This document shows positions 1 to 12,764 of a DNA stretch of 64,000 nucleotides, one piece after another (the stretch's first letter is position 1; every line of letters begins with the position of its first letter). The notes under the pieces are model-generated. The model ran no database searches, was not told the DNA's origin, and was given only the letters and a program-made list of their open reading frames with translations. Source of the stretch: Phoronis australis (lineage: Eukaryota; Animalia; Phoronida); assembly GCA_002633005.1 (NCBI GenBank), contig NMRA01000520.1, positions 129,559 through 193,558 on the forward strand, in the 5' to 3' direction. Position numbers and translations under genes: made by a program.

Positions 1-220
1 CCTCATCTCTCCCATCCTTTTTTCCTTCTCCCTCCAACTAAACATAGGCCCTAGTGGCTAACAAAATGGTACAAAGCCAAATTTGGTTCCACTTACTTCA
101 AACTCTTTAGTAAATCTAGCAGTTTTAATTACCTTACAGGTGTCGAACGCTCTCGAAAATTTCTTGTGACTATGTATCCAACTATGAGTTATTGCTCTAA
201 GACGCAAGGATGTTACCAAC

Positions 221-362
221 CTGTTTCAAAATTCTGCTGCTTGGCCCTTTTGTAGTCGGGTTTCTTTTGCCATGTTGGTGGGACGAGAATGGTAATATCG
301 CGGAAGAAAACCCGGTTTTTGGTGGCACGGAAAAGGTCACTCGATCCCTCTGTGAATATTTG
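221..362 (-). CDS. CLCA: CLCA paralog B exon 2 (gene continues beyond the left edge of the window)
   Basis: [47 protein letters not shown]; 142 nt as in gene A, 42/47 aa identical, same splice sites. Confidence 0.9.
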
Positions 363-1251
363 CTGGGATAAAAATAATATCATGTAGATAATACATGTAC
401 TTTGGCAATCACGTCCACAAGTTTAGAATAAAGATCATAGCGTAAGTTCTAAGCCTTGGTCGAAGAGGTCACCCAAGGTCCGCATGGGAATAACCTTTAA
501 AGAAATCTTCGTTTCAGAGGAGTTTGGAGTAGGTTGATGATGATATTTGGGTAAAATAAATCTCAGATACACGTACATGTACACTATACGCAATGGTCAA
601 GGTACGGGATTGCAAAACCTTTCGTCCCCGCGTGGTTTATAGCGCACGACTACTTGTATATTGGGGATTTTGATGCCGAGGAGAAATAATGTAGTTCCCC
701 ACCGTCATCGGGAAAACTCATCTGTGGACCTAGCACAGGGTATTGCTTCACTAGTTTGGCGACAGATTACAGCGTGGCCTTTCTAGAAAATCGTGGATTG
801 AATCTTTGTCATTCCCTGCGTGTCGCTGTTTATCCTATAGCTATCTCTGTTGCCATGACTCCATCAAGTATTGTACACTCTGACATCAACCAAACATTGG
901 TATTTCTGTATTATTTACGTGTGTATACGCTTGCACACATACATCGTACATATACATACATGCATACATAGATGAATACAAACACATGCGAATACGGCGA
1001 ATTTGGACACTAACACGACGCACGTAGCTGCGCCGGAGTTTCTGATTTTCTGCCTGCATCTCACCCTTGCCCAGTTTTCTGTTGTGAAATTGGAAAAAAT
1101 TCACTGTCTGTGGCATTGCGCAACTTCTAAATAACAAGCAGAACTATTTTTTTTCAAATTCCCCGGATCTACTAAATGAGTTCTCAAAAAGTCAATGCAT
1201 GATTTCTTCGCACCGGGCATATTCTTGGCTGATTCCCGTTTACACCCCTAC

Positions 1252-1428
1252 CTGAATTCGCGTTATTAGTTGATCATTTTCATTGACGTCTTCGTGTATG
1301 GCCACAACTATTCCTTCGTAACCATTATTCTTCAACGTGTATTGATTTCTGGAACATAGTGATGAACCCAAAAAAACAAGAAAATACAAAAATCTGGTAC
1401 ACTGAACAGTTTGACAAATCTCCACCAT
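1252..1428 (-). CDS. CLCA: CLCA paralog B coding exon 1
   Basis: [59 protein letters not shown]; same 177-nt length as gene A exon 1, 49/59 aa identical. Confidence 0.9.
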
Positions 1429-3789
1429 CGTTGTTTCTGTAAGTATCAAGGAAGTAATATGACCGGGAAACGAGAGCTGAAAGAATAAACATGAATAGGC
1501 AATTGTTTTTTTATTGCTATGATACATGTACCTGTATAAAAATAGAGCTATGACGCGTTGTTATTTCTGGCTAATTAACCAAGTTGTGGGCAATACGTAA
1601 GTTTCCCGATACAATTATTTGATATTGGTATTATGAATTCAGCTATGTTTAACCTAAATTTTCGAACCGTGCTCTCTGTTACAAAGAATATACACCTGTA
1701 CAGTACATGTACAATTGATTAGGTTATACATGTATGAGCTTATGTGTTAAATACATGTATCTGAACAGGCGTTTTCTTTGCAGGATTAAAGGCATATCAG
1801 GTGTATTGTCATGCTTACAATACCATCTATTTAAAGTATCATTTTGTAAACACATTTCCTTTGTACAAGGTCCCACACATGTGCCACGGCTTACCCGAAC
1901 ACTGCCACGGTTCACATAAAAGCTTTTTTACCTTGCAACACAGGTTTCAGTTTTCAAACGAAGAGTCAGTTACTTGAATTTACGAGCGTAAAGACTTCTT
2001 CAGAGCTCACGTGACCGGCAAACAGCACTTTCTTGATCGATATAACCAACGTATACCAGGGGAGAAATAGTTTATTCATAAAACGATTTCGGTCGTAAAG
2101 CACGAGCAACGTCTCGCTCGTAATTACCAGCGTGTATGTAATTACGGGGGACACTACACGAACGGCCCGCTGTAGAAACGACTTGCGCACATCGCTAAAA
2201 TAATCAATAAAACCACAAAACTCCTTTTCAATCCGGAACGGCAGTTATTGTGCTCAACATGGCGAAAATATCGTGAAATTGGGCGGCACAATGCTTGTGC
2301 CGCGACCGGCCAAGAGGTTTGAAATCATCTGGGGAAGCACTACATGTACATATATATGTACGTAACCTGGAGGAGTGGAGTGAGACATATTCATGAGAAT
2401 GACGGAGAGGAGGCGGGTTGTTGCCGACCCCTGGCTTTCCTCTAAGTATACCTCCCCCATGCTTCCATATATGTTGACCATGAGGACTTCGCTCGTCTCG
2501 ATGACTGTCGGCAATTTTTCATAACTACATTCCAATGTCACGCAACACTAAAGTATTTTGCAAAGTATTCCTACAATGTATATCATGTTTGGCTCGTCTC
2601 GTTGTGTAGCGGCCAAGGACGGCGCCGCCGACGTCACCATCGTTTAATTCTCAGTATATTACCCGCGAGTGTTTTAATCCGGTGATTCACCTTTCATGTC
2701 TACCAATATATTTTTATCGTGAAAAACAGAATTCTAACTTGCGGACTCAAAGGTGTGTTCGGATGCTGGAGTTGACGTTTGACTACTGTACCGCGGTTTA
2801 GATGTTAGTGCGATGATCGACTAAGTAATCTATGTATGTTGGGCTTCTGTGCTTATTCCTTTTACAAAACATACATGTATACACGTACGACGTCTAATAT
2901 GCTGAAATGGGTATTTGGAAAAAACATCTCTTTCATCTTATTTTAGTTTTTGTCAAAAGCTTTTGTTATGTCATTCAAAAATGGTCTAGGCATAAAATAC
3001 GCACATTTCGTAGAGAGCAGATGTGAAACAACAGGCGACAAAGTAATTAGTTTTTGAAAAATAAAAAAAGGTTTCATATTGGCTGTTCTTGTTGTGCATA
3101 CATGTAAGGAGAGTATTAAGTTACTCTTCGTCAACGGGCCGCAGTGGTTTGGATCGGATGATCAGTATCCCATACTGCAGGGTGCAGGTTGTCCCAAAGA
3201 ATAATGGCAGTTTTTTATCCTTGCACATCAAAAACAAGGTCGTACACGTATTTCTGAAGTCTTTGGAAGGGTCCGATATCATAAGTTGGCTTGCCCACCG
3301 CTTCAACCTACATTAAGCATTCGGCGAGTTGCTACTGCAAACGGAAATGGACGACATCCTCTAACACACTGAATTATGACGTTCTTGATTAATGGCATTT
3401 TGTACATTTTTCTTTCAAAATCTTGGCGGGTATCATTCTAAAATGCAAGGACAAGCAGCATTGGGCTATTTTGCAATGTGGTCAAAGATCACGTTTTGCT
3501 TCCATGTAACACTCGCAAAATCCGATTATTTTGAATTCGGAGTTATTCGCCAGACTCGGGTCCAGCATAATTCCCATTACGTAATGTGTACATGTGTATA
3601 CGGTTTTACTAGGTTATATCAGCTTATTCTATGTGATACCTTTAACTTAGCGGCAACAGAATTAAAGGAGAATGCCACCCGATTAATTAGTCTTTTTATC
3701 GTAATCTATTGTGCCCGGGGTACGCCGCGAGCTATGTTGCAGAGTAAAACAAGAGGGGGATTGAGAATAATGTCATTTATTGTGACGTA

Positions 3790-5296
3790 AATAAATAAAA
3801 CCATATAAGACTCTGCAAGATGGGCATGGACAAAACGCCATAATGGCAGCACAGGAATGCTGACATCGCCCATCCGAGGAAGCGGAACCGGGCAATAACA
3901 AGGTTAGACTGTGATAAAATATAGGTGCCAATAACTGTATAAAAGAAAACTAGAATACAAAAGAGTAGAACATGAAAAACAAGAATATCACGAACCGCTA
4001 AAGAAAATGCAACAGTCAATAAAAGTAAAGGTAACTAGAACTAATGACTAGAAATTGAAGCCTGCAACTACAGACCTTTGGCCGCAGGCTGCAACAACAG
4101 ACCTGCGAAGTGGAGGAGGTCGGCTGCAACAACAGATCTGACCTACAATGTAGGGGGGGTGAAACCACAGACCCAGAGAAGTGGGAGCTGCAACAACAGG
4201 CTGACCAGGAGTTCAGGAAGTCTGGGGAAGAGGAAAAAGTAGACATGCGAATGTATTTTTAGTGCGTCAGATTTCCAGCGCCCCATGCGCTGGATCACCG
4301 GTTCAGGGACGCTACGGCTGGCCGTTGAGGAGGCGTCGCCAATGCTATGTGACGTATAAGACTTGGTGTCGAGTCCTGCAAATGAAACCACTTTGGTTCA
4401 CATGGATTTGAAGCAGGAACGTGTAACCGGTGATCCACCGAGGTGTTGGAACAAGTGGCCTGGAAAGGGCTGAATAGTAGACAAGTACAAGGTTAGGGCA
4501 GATACGGGGCAATAGGGAGATTGGCTGGACGGAATCGTAAGTGAGACTGGTCCTGAGCTTTGCTTGAAGGTACGCATAGCGATGATCACAGAATCGCAAG
4601 AGGGTGTGAAGACGACGTCGCTGAATTGTATGACGTGGGAGGAGAGCGAGGAGGTGACTGTAAATTCACCAACTCTGAAGAAGGCATGAAAGGCTAGGAG
4701 GAACATGGCACGTGCGAGTGCCGAGTCGGCGAAAGAGCCGAGTGCAGAAGGGCATTCGTCAAACAAGCGGTGAAGCAAAGCTGAAGTAATGGGCATGCGT
4801 GTGTCAGAAGAATGGCGCAGATTGGAAGCACCCTTGAAGTGTTTTTTGATGAAAAAGGAGGAAGTGGGGTAAGGGAGGTTGTCAAGCTTGTGGACAAAAC
4901 TAAAGGCAGAGACATAGGACTGGGTAGACGAGCTACTTAGCCCAGATTCGAAGAGATGAGATACGTAGTGGGCCAGGAAAGAGGTATTAATGGGCAAGGT
5001 GAGCGGAGAGTTGTTAGAGGAGAGGTGAAACTGTGCGATGTTATGCAGGATGCTGGTGTAGGCCTGAAGAGTGGAGGAGGTCAGGGAAGCCAGGAGCAGT
5101 CTGGTCACGCTGTCATGAGGTGCGGCGGGATCGGTGTTGGATGAGGGCTGAGCCAAGAACCATGGGAAAATGCGACCTGAACGTTGAAACGAGAAAGTGC
5201 ATCAGCGATGATGTTAATGTAGCCAGGGATATGTTTTGCCCGAAAATGAACGTCAAATATATCAAAATAAAATGTATTTACCTTAATCGGTCTCAA
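3790..5296 (-). mobile_element. DIRS-order (Ngaro/DIRS1-like) tyrosine-recombinase retrotransposon remnant
   Basis: RNase H C-terminus FRAKHIPGYINIIADALSRF in ORF 5105-5296 overlaps a YR ORF (4398-5156: LAFHAFFRVGEF, CPVSAL). The YR continues by frameshift into YTSHS...GRWKSDA at ~4255-4390. The left boundary is approximate. Confidence 0.85.
4250..5156 (-). pseudogene. Frameshifted tyrosine recombinase of the DIRS-type element
   Basis: R (FFRVGE) and GRW motifs are present; the HxxR box is eroded (SHSIG); the frame breaks near 4395. Confidence 0.8.
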
Positions 5297-8200
5297 TCCA
5301 CATCACCTCGTAAGCGGTCGAACTTACCTCCCCGAGAGGTGTCGCGTTAACTTGTAAGGAAGGTGAGAAACGACGTAGCGACGTCAGTGGTTCTTCTACA
5401 GAGTGAGTCCCGGTATAGTGTGGTGTATCGTTTTCGCTTGTGCGAACAATGAAGCTGCGAGTAAAGCGGGTATATCGTTTTTTGATTTCCTCGAGAGCCC
5501 ATGATACATCGGAAGTGGCTCGCGGTAGAGGAGAATGAAAAGTACGCTGCTAATACCAAGTATGAGGCCGTGAAAATTCTCCGTCTCTGTCAAATTCGCC
5601 ACTTCTTTCTCTCAGCCCTAAAAAAACGTCGTAAGCACACCTCTGTTTAGACGCGGTGCAAAATCAGGATGGTCCGTGAAAAAAGGAGGTGTTTCACTTG
5701 CAGAACCTCCTGACAGCAAAATTAATGCAAGCGTCAGTCGTTTGCATTATCATGCAGTTAGCTCACTGACACCACGACAAGTCATTCGAACGGTTTTCGT
5801 AATTATATCCATGTTTTCCGTTGTCTGTACACGTTCACGGAGCCTCTCTATCATATCTTGATCAGTGTATCCCGGTTCGACCTGTTAAGTCTTTGTCGGA
5901 TGAGCACTCGTCTAAGTCAGGACTGTGAGTTGCCATGTTGACGTTTATTATTGTTAGTTCTGTTTCAAAATGAATTATTCTCACCTTTACCAATGCTTAT
6001 ACACTATATAAAACTGAAAGAAAGTCTGTTGCACTAGATACAATTTGTAATGCCTTGGAGTGTTCGCGAGTGCAAATGTTTTGAGAAGCCAGCAATGAAT
6101 AAATCACTTCGTTACCGGCTTTAGATGCAATTTACTATCTGACTGGGCACCGAGGCCATGTGAGCGCATGCTAATTTAGTGTTTGCTGATAGAAAACTGT
6201 TGTGAAACCATAACTCAATTTTATATCACATGGTCAGATTTTAGGGAAATCTTTATTTAGATATTCTTCGAATCATTGTTACTGTACAACTTTTGCCCTG
6301 ACGGTCCTGTGGAACTGTAACGTGACTTCGCGGCCCTCGACGAGCTACAGTGTAGTAAATAGATTTGAAGTTTCGCGGCTAATTCACCAAAATCACCACG
6401 CGTATATTTTTTCTTTGGCTCACTAGTATAGTACTTTCGTGACCAGAAATGTAGTTTCCAGCTTTGGCTGGTTTATGTTCATGATATTTCAGGCCAGCCG
6501 CGAAGGGCCTGATCGGGTCCCGAGTCATTGGCCGGGATAGGAAGCCTTTTGTGTGGTTAGAACTAAAAAAATCGCAAGTGCAAAATTACATCACATAGCT
6601 GTGTTCTCCTGTCTGTATTCCACGGACAAATAATTGGAATTTATCACCGAACACACCTCAAACTCCTGTGACCGCGCACCTTGGTAAATTGGCCTACCGA
6701 ACTTTGTAGGATAAGGTATGTTCAAATACCCAAAAATCAGTACCAGCGAAATAAAATAACACGATAGTCCTATAATTCGATGTAATTGTAAGGGTTTTAC
6801 ATCGAATTGTGATGATTTATTGGTGAAAAACGATGAATTCAAGCTGTAAGCTGACACCAGTAAGCGTGCTGTGAACTGCATTGGATCCTCTGTGACGTCA
6901 TTGGTTAATTTCAACACCTCCGTCTGCCCTCAGGTGTCAGGTAAAATAGTTGAACTTGCTGTTACCGAGCGGAAGTGTTCGATCTAAATTGATACAAACT
7001 AGGTTGTTTTTGGGTGCCATTCTCCTTTAATAAAAGCATATACATGTAGTTCGCCGGATCCCAGGATATACATGTACAATATGGGAGGTTCTAACTAATT
7101 ACCGTTCGATTAATTCACATTTTTTTCTCGACGATTTTCGCGCTGCGAGTGTTTTCAGTTCATGTTTTACTCAGAACTTCTCATTCCTGCTTATGTAGTG
7201 GCCACAAGCGATCCGTGTATTTGCAGCTACTGGAGGGGAAAGTCACCCACTGCAGTCTGTGAAATGGTAGGCCTACATCAGTACATGTATAACTGGGTAA
7301 CTCAAATTACTAACCTTGATAACACGAGCAATGTAGAGGACAACAATAAAAAAACGATATTAGCTACTTATAAGAGGTTTAACCATATTGAACGGCATCT
7401 ACATGTACAGTGCATGTGGTTGAGATGTTTATTGCAAGATAAAGTAATAATGAACAAAATTAATCGTACAAAAGGCGCATAAAACTATTTTTTCCAACAA
7501 AACAAAGATGATTTACAACAAACGCCATAAACATGCACGAGATAGGGACTCTAAAATATATTATGGAGAAATGGAGTAAAACTTCAACAGCTTGGAACAC
7601 AGAAACGGGAGTGTAGGGGGTAGGAAAACAATTTTTAACGACTGACTAGAAACAAGAATTGATCATCTGAGTGCAGAAAAGCTAATGAAGTTCGGTGAAC
7701 TCTCCCGATGAAAGTAAGAACAATTACGTAAAAGACATCTGCGAAGAAATACACAGAGACAAGCAACTGTAGAATGATGGAAATAGGAAAGTATTCCTGA
7801 TGATTACCTGTACCTGTATCTAAAATTAAAATTCATTTATCTAGGACGATATTTTTCTGATGAGGTGGTTTGAGTTAAGTTTGACAAGTAATCGTGTACA
7901 AAATTAATAGTGTAATAGCATGAAGAGATAATACGTGTAGATATATACAACTGTTTTATTAACATATCAAAGATGGGCGATAAAAACGCCAAATATTGAA
8001 AGCACCGCCCATCCGAAGAAAGACCGTATCAGCGCTACCAAAAATGTTAACACGGACACTGAAAGTTCCTTGGATAAATGTAGATATACACACAGAGAAA
8101 TAACTAAGAGTCACATCCATTTGCAATGAGCAATTAGGACATGAACCAAGACAACATATATTATGTAAGAGATGAAATAAAATAAGTATGGAAAAGTACA

Positions 8201-9335
8201 AAATCCTGGTGTATATGGCAAACGAACTTGGGCTACACAGATAGTACTTGGAGCAAGCAATCTTGACCCCCAAAGATTAAAATAGCTAACATAATAAAAA
8301 TAGATTATTACATGGCGAAGTCGTTATCCTCCGTATTATACAGTCCCAGTGGATTTTGGAGAATTGGCGACAATTTTACAAAATCCGCGAGGGCTCTAGA
8401 TAAGGGGAATGACGACTGAGAACGTGCTGTAATAATCTATAGGCATACTGAATCATGAACATTGCAATGAATCCATCTGCCTTTATCGACTTGCCTCCGC
8501 TCTGTGACTACTTTGTATGTCAGAGGCCCAAGGTTGGACGTCGAGACCTTTTAAGAAACGCTGACATTTTCTTGTTAAAATGATGTTTTTATTCAAAACC
8601 AATAGCAAAAAGTCTTACTTACTACACATCTTATCATGCTAAGCTTCTACCATGTAAACATCGTCTAATAAAGTAGGTTACCACTGGTTACTGAGTATAA
8701 TATCCAATTCAAAGTAACACAACGCAATATGAAGTAAGAAGTATTCGATAAAAAATTGATCAACTCGAACTCCTCATGGAGAAGGCAGAAATACCCGTTT
8801 ACCAGTTTAGATACAAAAAATAAGCAGTGTAACACCTCAAGATAAAACATGTAAATAAATTCGCCCGAAAACGTACTGTAGATGCAACTAGCACTTTACT
8901 GCAATTTTATCAATATTGTCTGCTCACTCTTCGCCGTCCAAATGAGACAAATGGACCGTCCGACGTTCGATTTGACTGTTGAATTTGTTGTAATTCCAAT
9001 TGAAATGTTTCCAAAAAACAGTTCTGAAATAAAATGTGTTTGGCCTGTATACATCTTTACCCGCTAGTTTGAAACTTGAGCAATTAAAGATGATCGACCG
9101 ATTGTACTGTGTTGTTATCCTTCGACCTAAATAATTTACGTTGACGAACTTTTCATGACGTGTATTCCTACGGGTGAAAGAAATCAAGACTGAGCAAAGA
9201 AACATAGTGAAAATGCCAAACTTTCTCGACAAAAATACTTCACTCTGATCATGCCTCGATCGAATTAAGACCCGATGCTTATATTTCCACTTAAGGCATA
9301 CATGTACATATACTTATACACACACGTATAGATAT

Positions 9336-9342
<7 letters not shown>

Positions 9343-9395
<53 letters not shown>
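9343..9395. repeat. Compound (CA)n(TA)n microsatellite
   Basis: Seen directly. Confidence 0.97.
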
Positions 9396-9397
<2 letters not shown>

Positions 9398-10284
9398 ACG
9401 GATATACACGTACATGAATATATGTTCTATTAAGGTTTCAAGTATCTATTGATATTGGTATTCCGAAGTACATTACAAGAAAATGTGAAAACCATTCAAC
9501 CATACATTGTCACACACGAGCAAACAATTAGTCCAGGGGCAAGATTACATTTTTTTAAGTGCATACTGTTCAATTTGACAGATTCAAACTTGTTATAAAA
9601 ACTATTACTCTGTGTTATAAAGTTATTTTTTAATCAGTGAGACGTATTTTAATTTTCTGGCAATGAATATGGTACTTCGCCAAATATAAAAAGGATCAAC
9701 ATATTTTGGACATTATGTATGCCAAAAACAATATCTGTATAAATTAGATCCAAATACAAAATTACTAGTTGCCTTGTCTTTTACATACTTTATATTTAAA
9801 GCACCATTAAACAAGTGCTTTGAATATACATGATGCATAAGCCCGTGAAAGAATTCAAGCCACTACACAGCTTTCGTAGACACAATGCAAAATATGAGAG
9901 CGAAAGCCGGCAATATGGGACCACGATCATTAACAAGGGATTGACCCCACTCCCACTTCCCACATACATGTACAAATAGGCATTCCACAGGTTGCCAAGT
10001 TGTCTCACTTGCCCATGAAAAAAATTCTAGTGCTACATGCGAAGCCATGAAAACAAACTTTCAGAAAATGAATTTAAGGTACATATCTCCTATCTACGGC
10101 CGAAACGCTATTTGGGGTAAACATTTTTGGGCCATTCTTTCAGTTGGCTTCATGTATGCGTTTTAACTCGGGAACAGTTCGTAGAAAAAAACAAAATAAC
10201 TTGAGATCTCCCTAATATTTATGTTTTTAAGAGTATCAAAACACATTCAGTACTTCGCGTTCAACTGATTGAAGAACTTCAGAT

Positions 10285-10742
10285 TTAAACACGTTGTAAT
10301 TCTCGAGATGATGTATCCTGATAGGGATTCGTTCTCCTATATGGCTTGCACTTCCATATCGCTACAACTACAACTAAAAGCAAAACTATAACCACAGCTG
10401 ACGTCACGCTAAGAATAATTAAAATAGTGTTGTCTTTGCTCAAGGGTGGTGCTGGTGACGATTCGACAATTCTCAGTAATGGTGGTGCATAAGACGTTAC
10501 AACGATATTTGACAATTCACCAAAGTTCACACTTTCATCAGAAGCTCTCACGCTCATGTAATAGCTAGCAGTTTTGTCGAGGCTCGGAATTTTGTAGACG
10601 AATTCTTCTATCTGGCTTGGTTTCAGAGGTTGAGATAAGTTTCCGGAAAGTAACATGTCTTGTGTAACCAGTTGATCCGTCGTAAATGAACCATTTTCAA
10701 GTAAAGTGTAGTTCTGAGTCATTCGAATTTCGTAGCTTGCGG
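10285..10742 (-). CDS. CLCA: CLCA-A exon 15 (end of FN3, TM helix, cytoplasmic tail, stop)
   Basis: AASYEIRM...[21 protein letters not shown]...[32 protein letters not shown]...LQRV*. Confidence 0.92.
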
Positions 10743-12667
10743 CTGTAAAATACACGTACAAAGATACAGAATAGAGGTTTTATTGTCTCAAAAATGTGAA
10801 TGGTGTTTCATAATTTGCTTAAAATATTTCTTAACATACACTGTAGGATGGTGCCTTAGTCTCTAGATAAAGTGCCCTGTAAAATTGTTTTAGTAGAAAA
10901 TAAAAGGTAAACTTTGTTTAAACTTATAATATGATGAAAGACAGAGCCTTGGTTGCGGGAGAAAGTCAACAAATAGTTTTAAAAACTCAAATTTACTACT
11001 GACACGACCAAAAAGACGTCACTGGAACAACATATGCCCTTTTCAAAGTCTCTAGGTTGATCTGATCTACTTTGTAAGCCAGCCATTGCGGCTTGAATGC
11101 AAACTATTTTTGTCAATCTGGCCAATGATACGTTTTGACAGTTCTTGTGTCAAGCACGCGAATATTGAACGTTGTGGCAGCACCAGTTAAGTTATAGTCT
11201 GACGGGCGTGTTAACAGGTCGGCAGTTTATCCACTATGACCGTTTTATTTTCAACTTCTGTTCCTGTGGGCGCTAGACATTTGTTTTTATGCTTGGTCGT
11301 CTCGACACGACATAATTTCGCGAGTCATGAGACACAGCTTGACCGACAACGTGGAAGTTTTTCTAATAGGCGAAGTGCTGAACTAGTGTCCATTTGAAAA
11401 GCGAATATATACTTAAAATTAAAATAGAACAACAAACATCTTATCCAAGCATTGTCGAAAGTCGTGTCGTTGTTGACTGGCGGAAGACTGGACGGTCTGT
11501 TACGCGCAAACACTGGCTTGAGCGATGTATATGGGCTGGGTTATCGTGTCATGTTGAACATTCCTATCAATCATTTACAAAAAAGACTTTTACATGTACA
11601 AAGTCTTACTTAACTAGGTTGCATTTAACGCGAGTCAGTGCATACGAATGTTTTTGGTAACTGCCGACGATCTACTTCTTACGCTGTGACATGACGGCGA
11701 CATCCCGTTGCTCCCAACTTGTTCGATTCTATAGCCCAACAACAAATTGCGACAAAAATGTCCTTGCATTGTTTTGACACATTCTACAGGCCCACCAACA
11801 TAAAAGATGAATTATTTTCATCGCCCCTGCTCGGCGTGTTTACCTTACAGTTTGAGGAACATTGGAAGTATATTTAATTTTTTTTTGTAATCTATTCAAT
11901 TGTAATGGAACGTTCCACTTCTCTCCTTTATTTTCATAGTAACAAAACGATTTTTGTCTACATTAATGTGGTCACGTGACCTGTTATTTCACGTATAGCC
12001 CTTAGGCTACGCTTTCGCTGGTCGCACGCTGTTAATCGACTGTAAATGATCGAAAAACTCTAGCGGCAGGAAATGCATTGTTGGGAGCTACGTCTTTTGT
12101 CAGCCACCTCCTAGCACCTGCATGTAGTCAAAAGCAAAAAGTACTGTTGAAAGCAAGCTTCATGATCACTTACCATTATAGACTATGGAACACTCTAAGG
12201 TGTCTCGATTTAGTATTCAAGCTGGGTCATAAAATGGTGTCTGAATTACTGTAGGCAGCTCTCCCCCCAAACAGTCACCGATTACCCCCATCTACACGTA
12301 CGTCATCAACAGCCATTTGGCATACTGACGGCACCAGTACACGGCCACAATGATAGCTACATATCAGATGGTCCATCAATTCGTTTCGACGGTTACTTTT
12401 GCTTTAAACATAAACTATTTGTTAACATTTAAAACCAAATTGCTGATGTTAAAGCTACTACAGCGCCACCTTCCCTCAAAGATAGGCCCTTTGCGGCTAC
12501 TAAACTAATCGGTGGTGACCACAGTAGATGAGGACTGGTGAAAATATCGTTAGTGCTTAGGCACGTTTCACACGTTGCTGGTTTATTCGATGGGTTAACA
12601 TCTGTTGGTTTTCACTTTTTCCTGGTGTACAAGTACACCCATTCAGTGGCATTGAATTAAATATGAG

Positions 12668-12764
<97 letters not shown>

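Larger units (their letters stand above)
3666..7026. mobile_element. Kolobok-like non-autonomous DNA transposon (TTAA target site, AG...CT ends)
   Basis: Left end ttaa|aggagaatgccaccc (from 3662) and right end gggtgccattctcct|ttaa (to 7030) are inverted repeats, 14/15 matching, flanked by TTAA. Confidence 0.7.

Noticed and set aside
2254-2541. 95-aa ORF, and other short ORFs such as 26140-26879 and 60533-60916
   Set aside because: No recognisable motifs or splice-consistent context; lengths are compatible with chance or decayed TE sequence.
6490-6545. GC-rich hairpins resembling an HDV-like ribozyme
   Set aside because: Could not form consistent P1/P3/P2 pairings; more likely internal sequence of the Kolobok-like element.
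7795-7870. Two CTGATGA boxes (also at 25332, 29737 and 58985)
   Set aside because: No stem II followed by GAAA, so not hammerheads.
12557-12754. ORF encoding a (CV)n repeat; likewise the (YI)n ORFs at 42423-42751
   Set aside because: Translations of CA and TA microsatellites.
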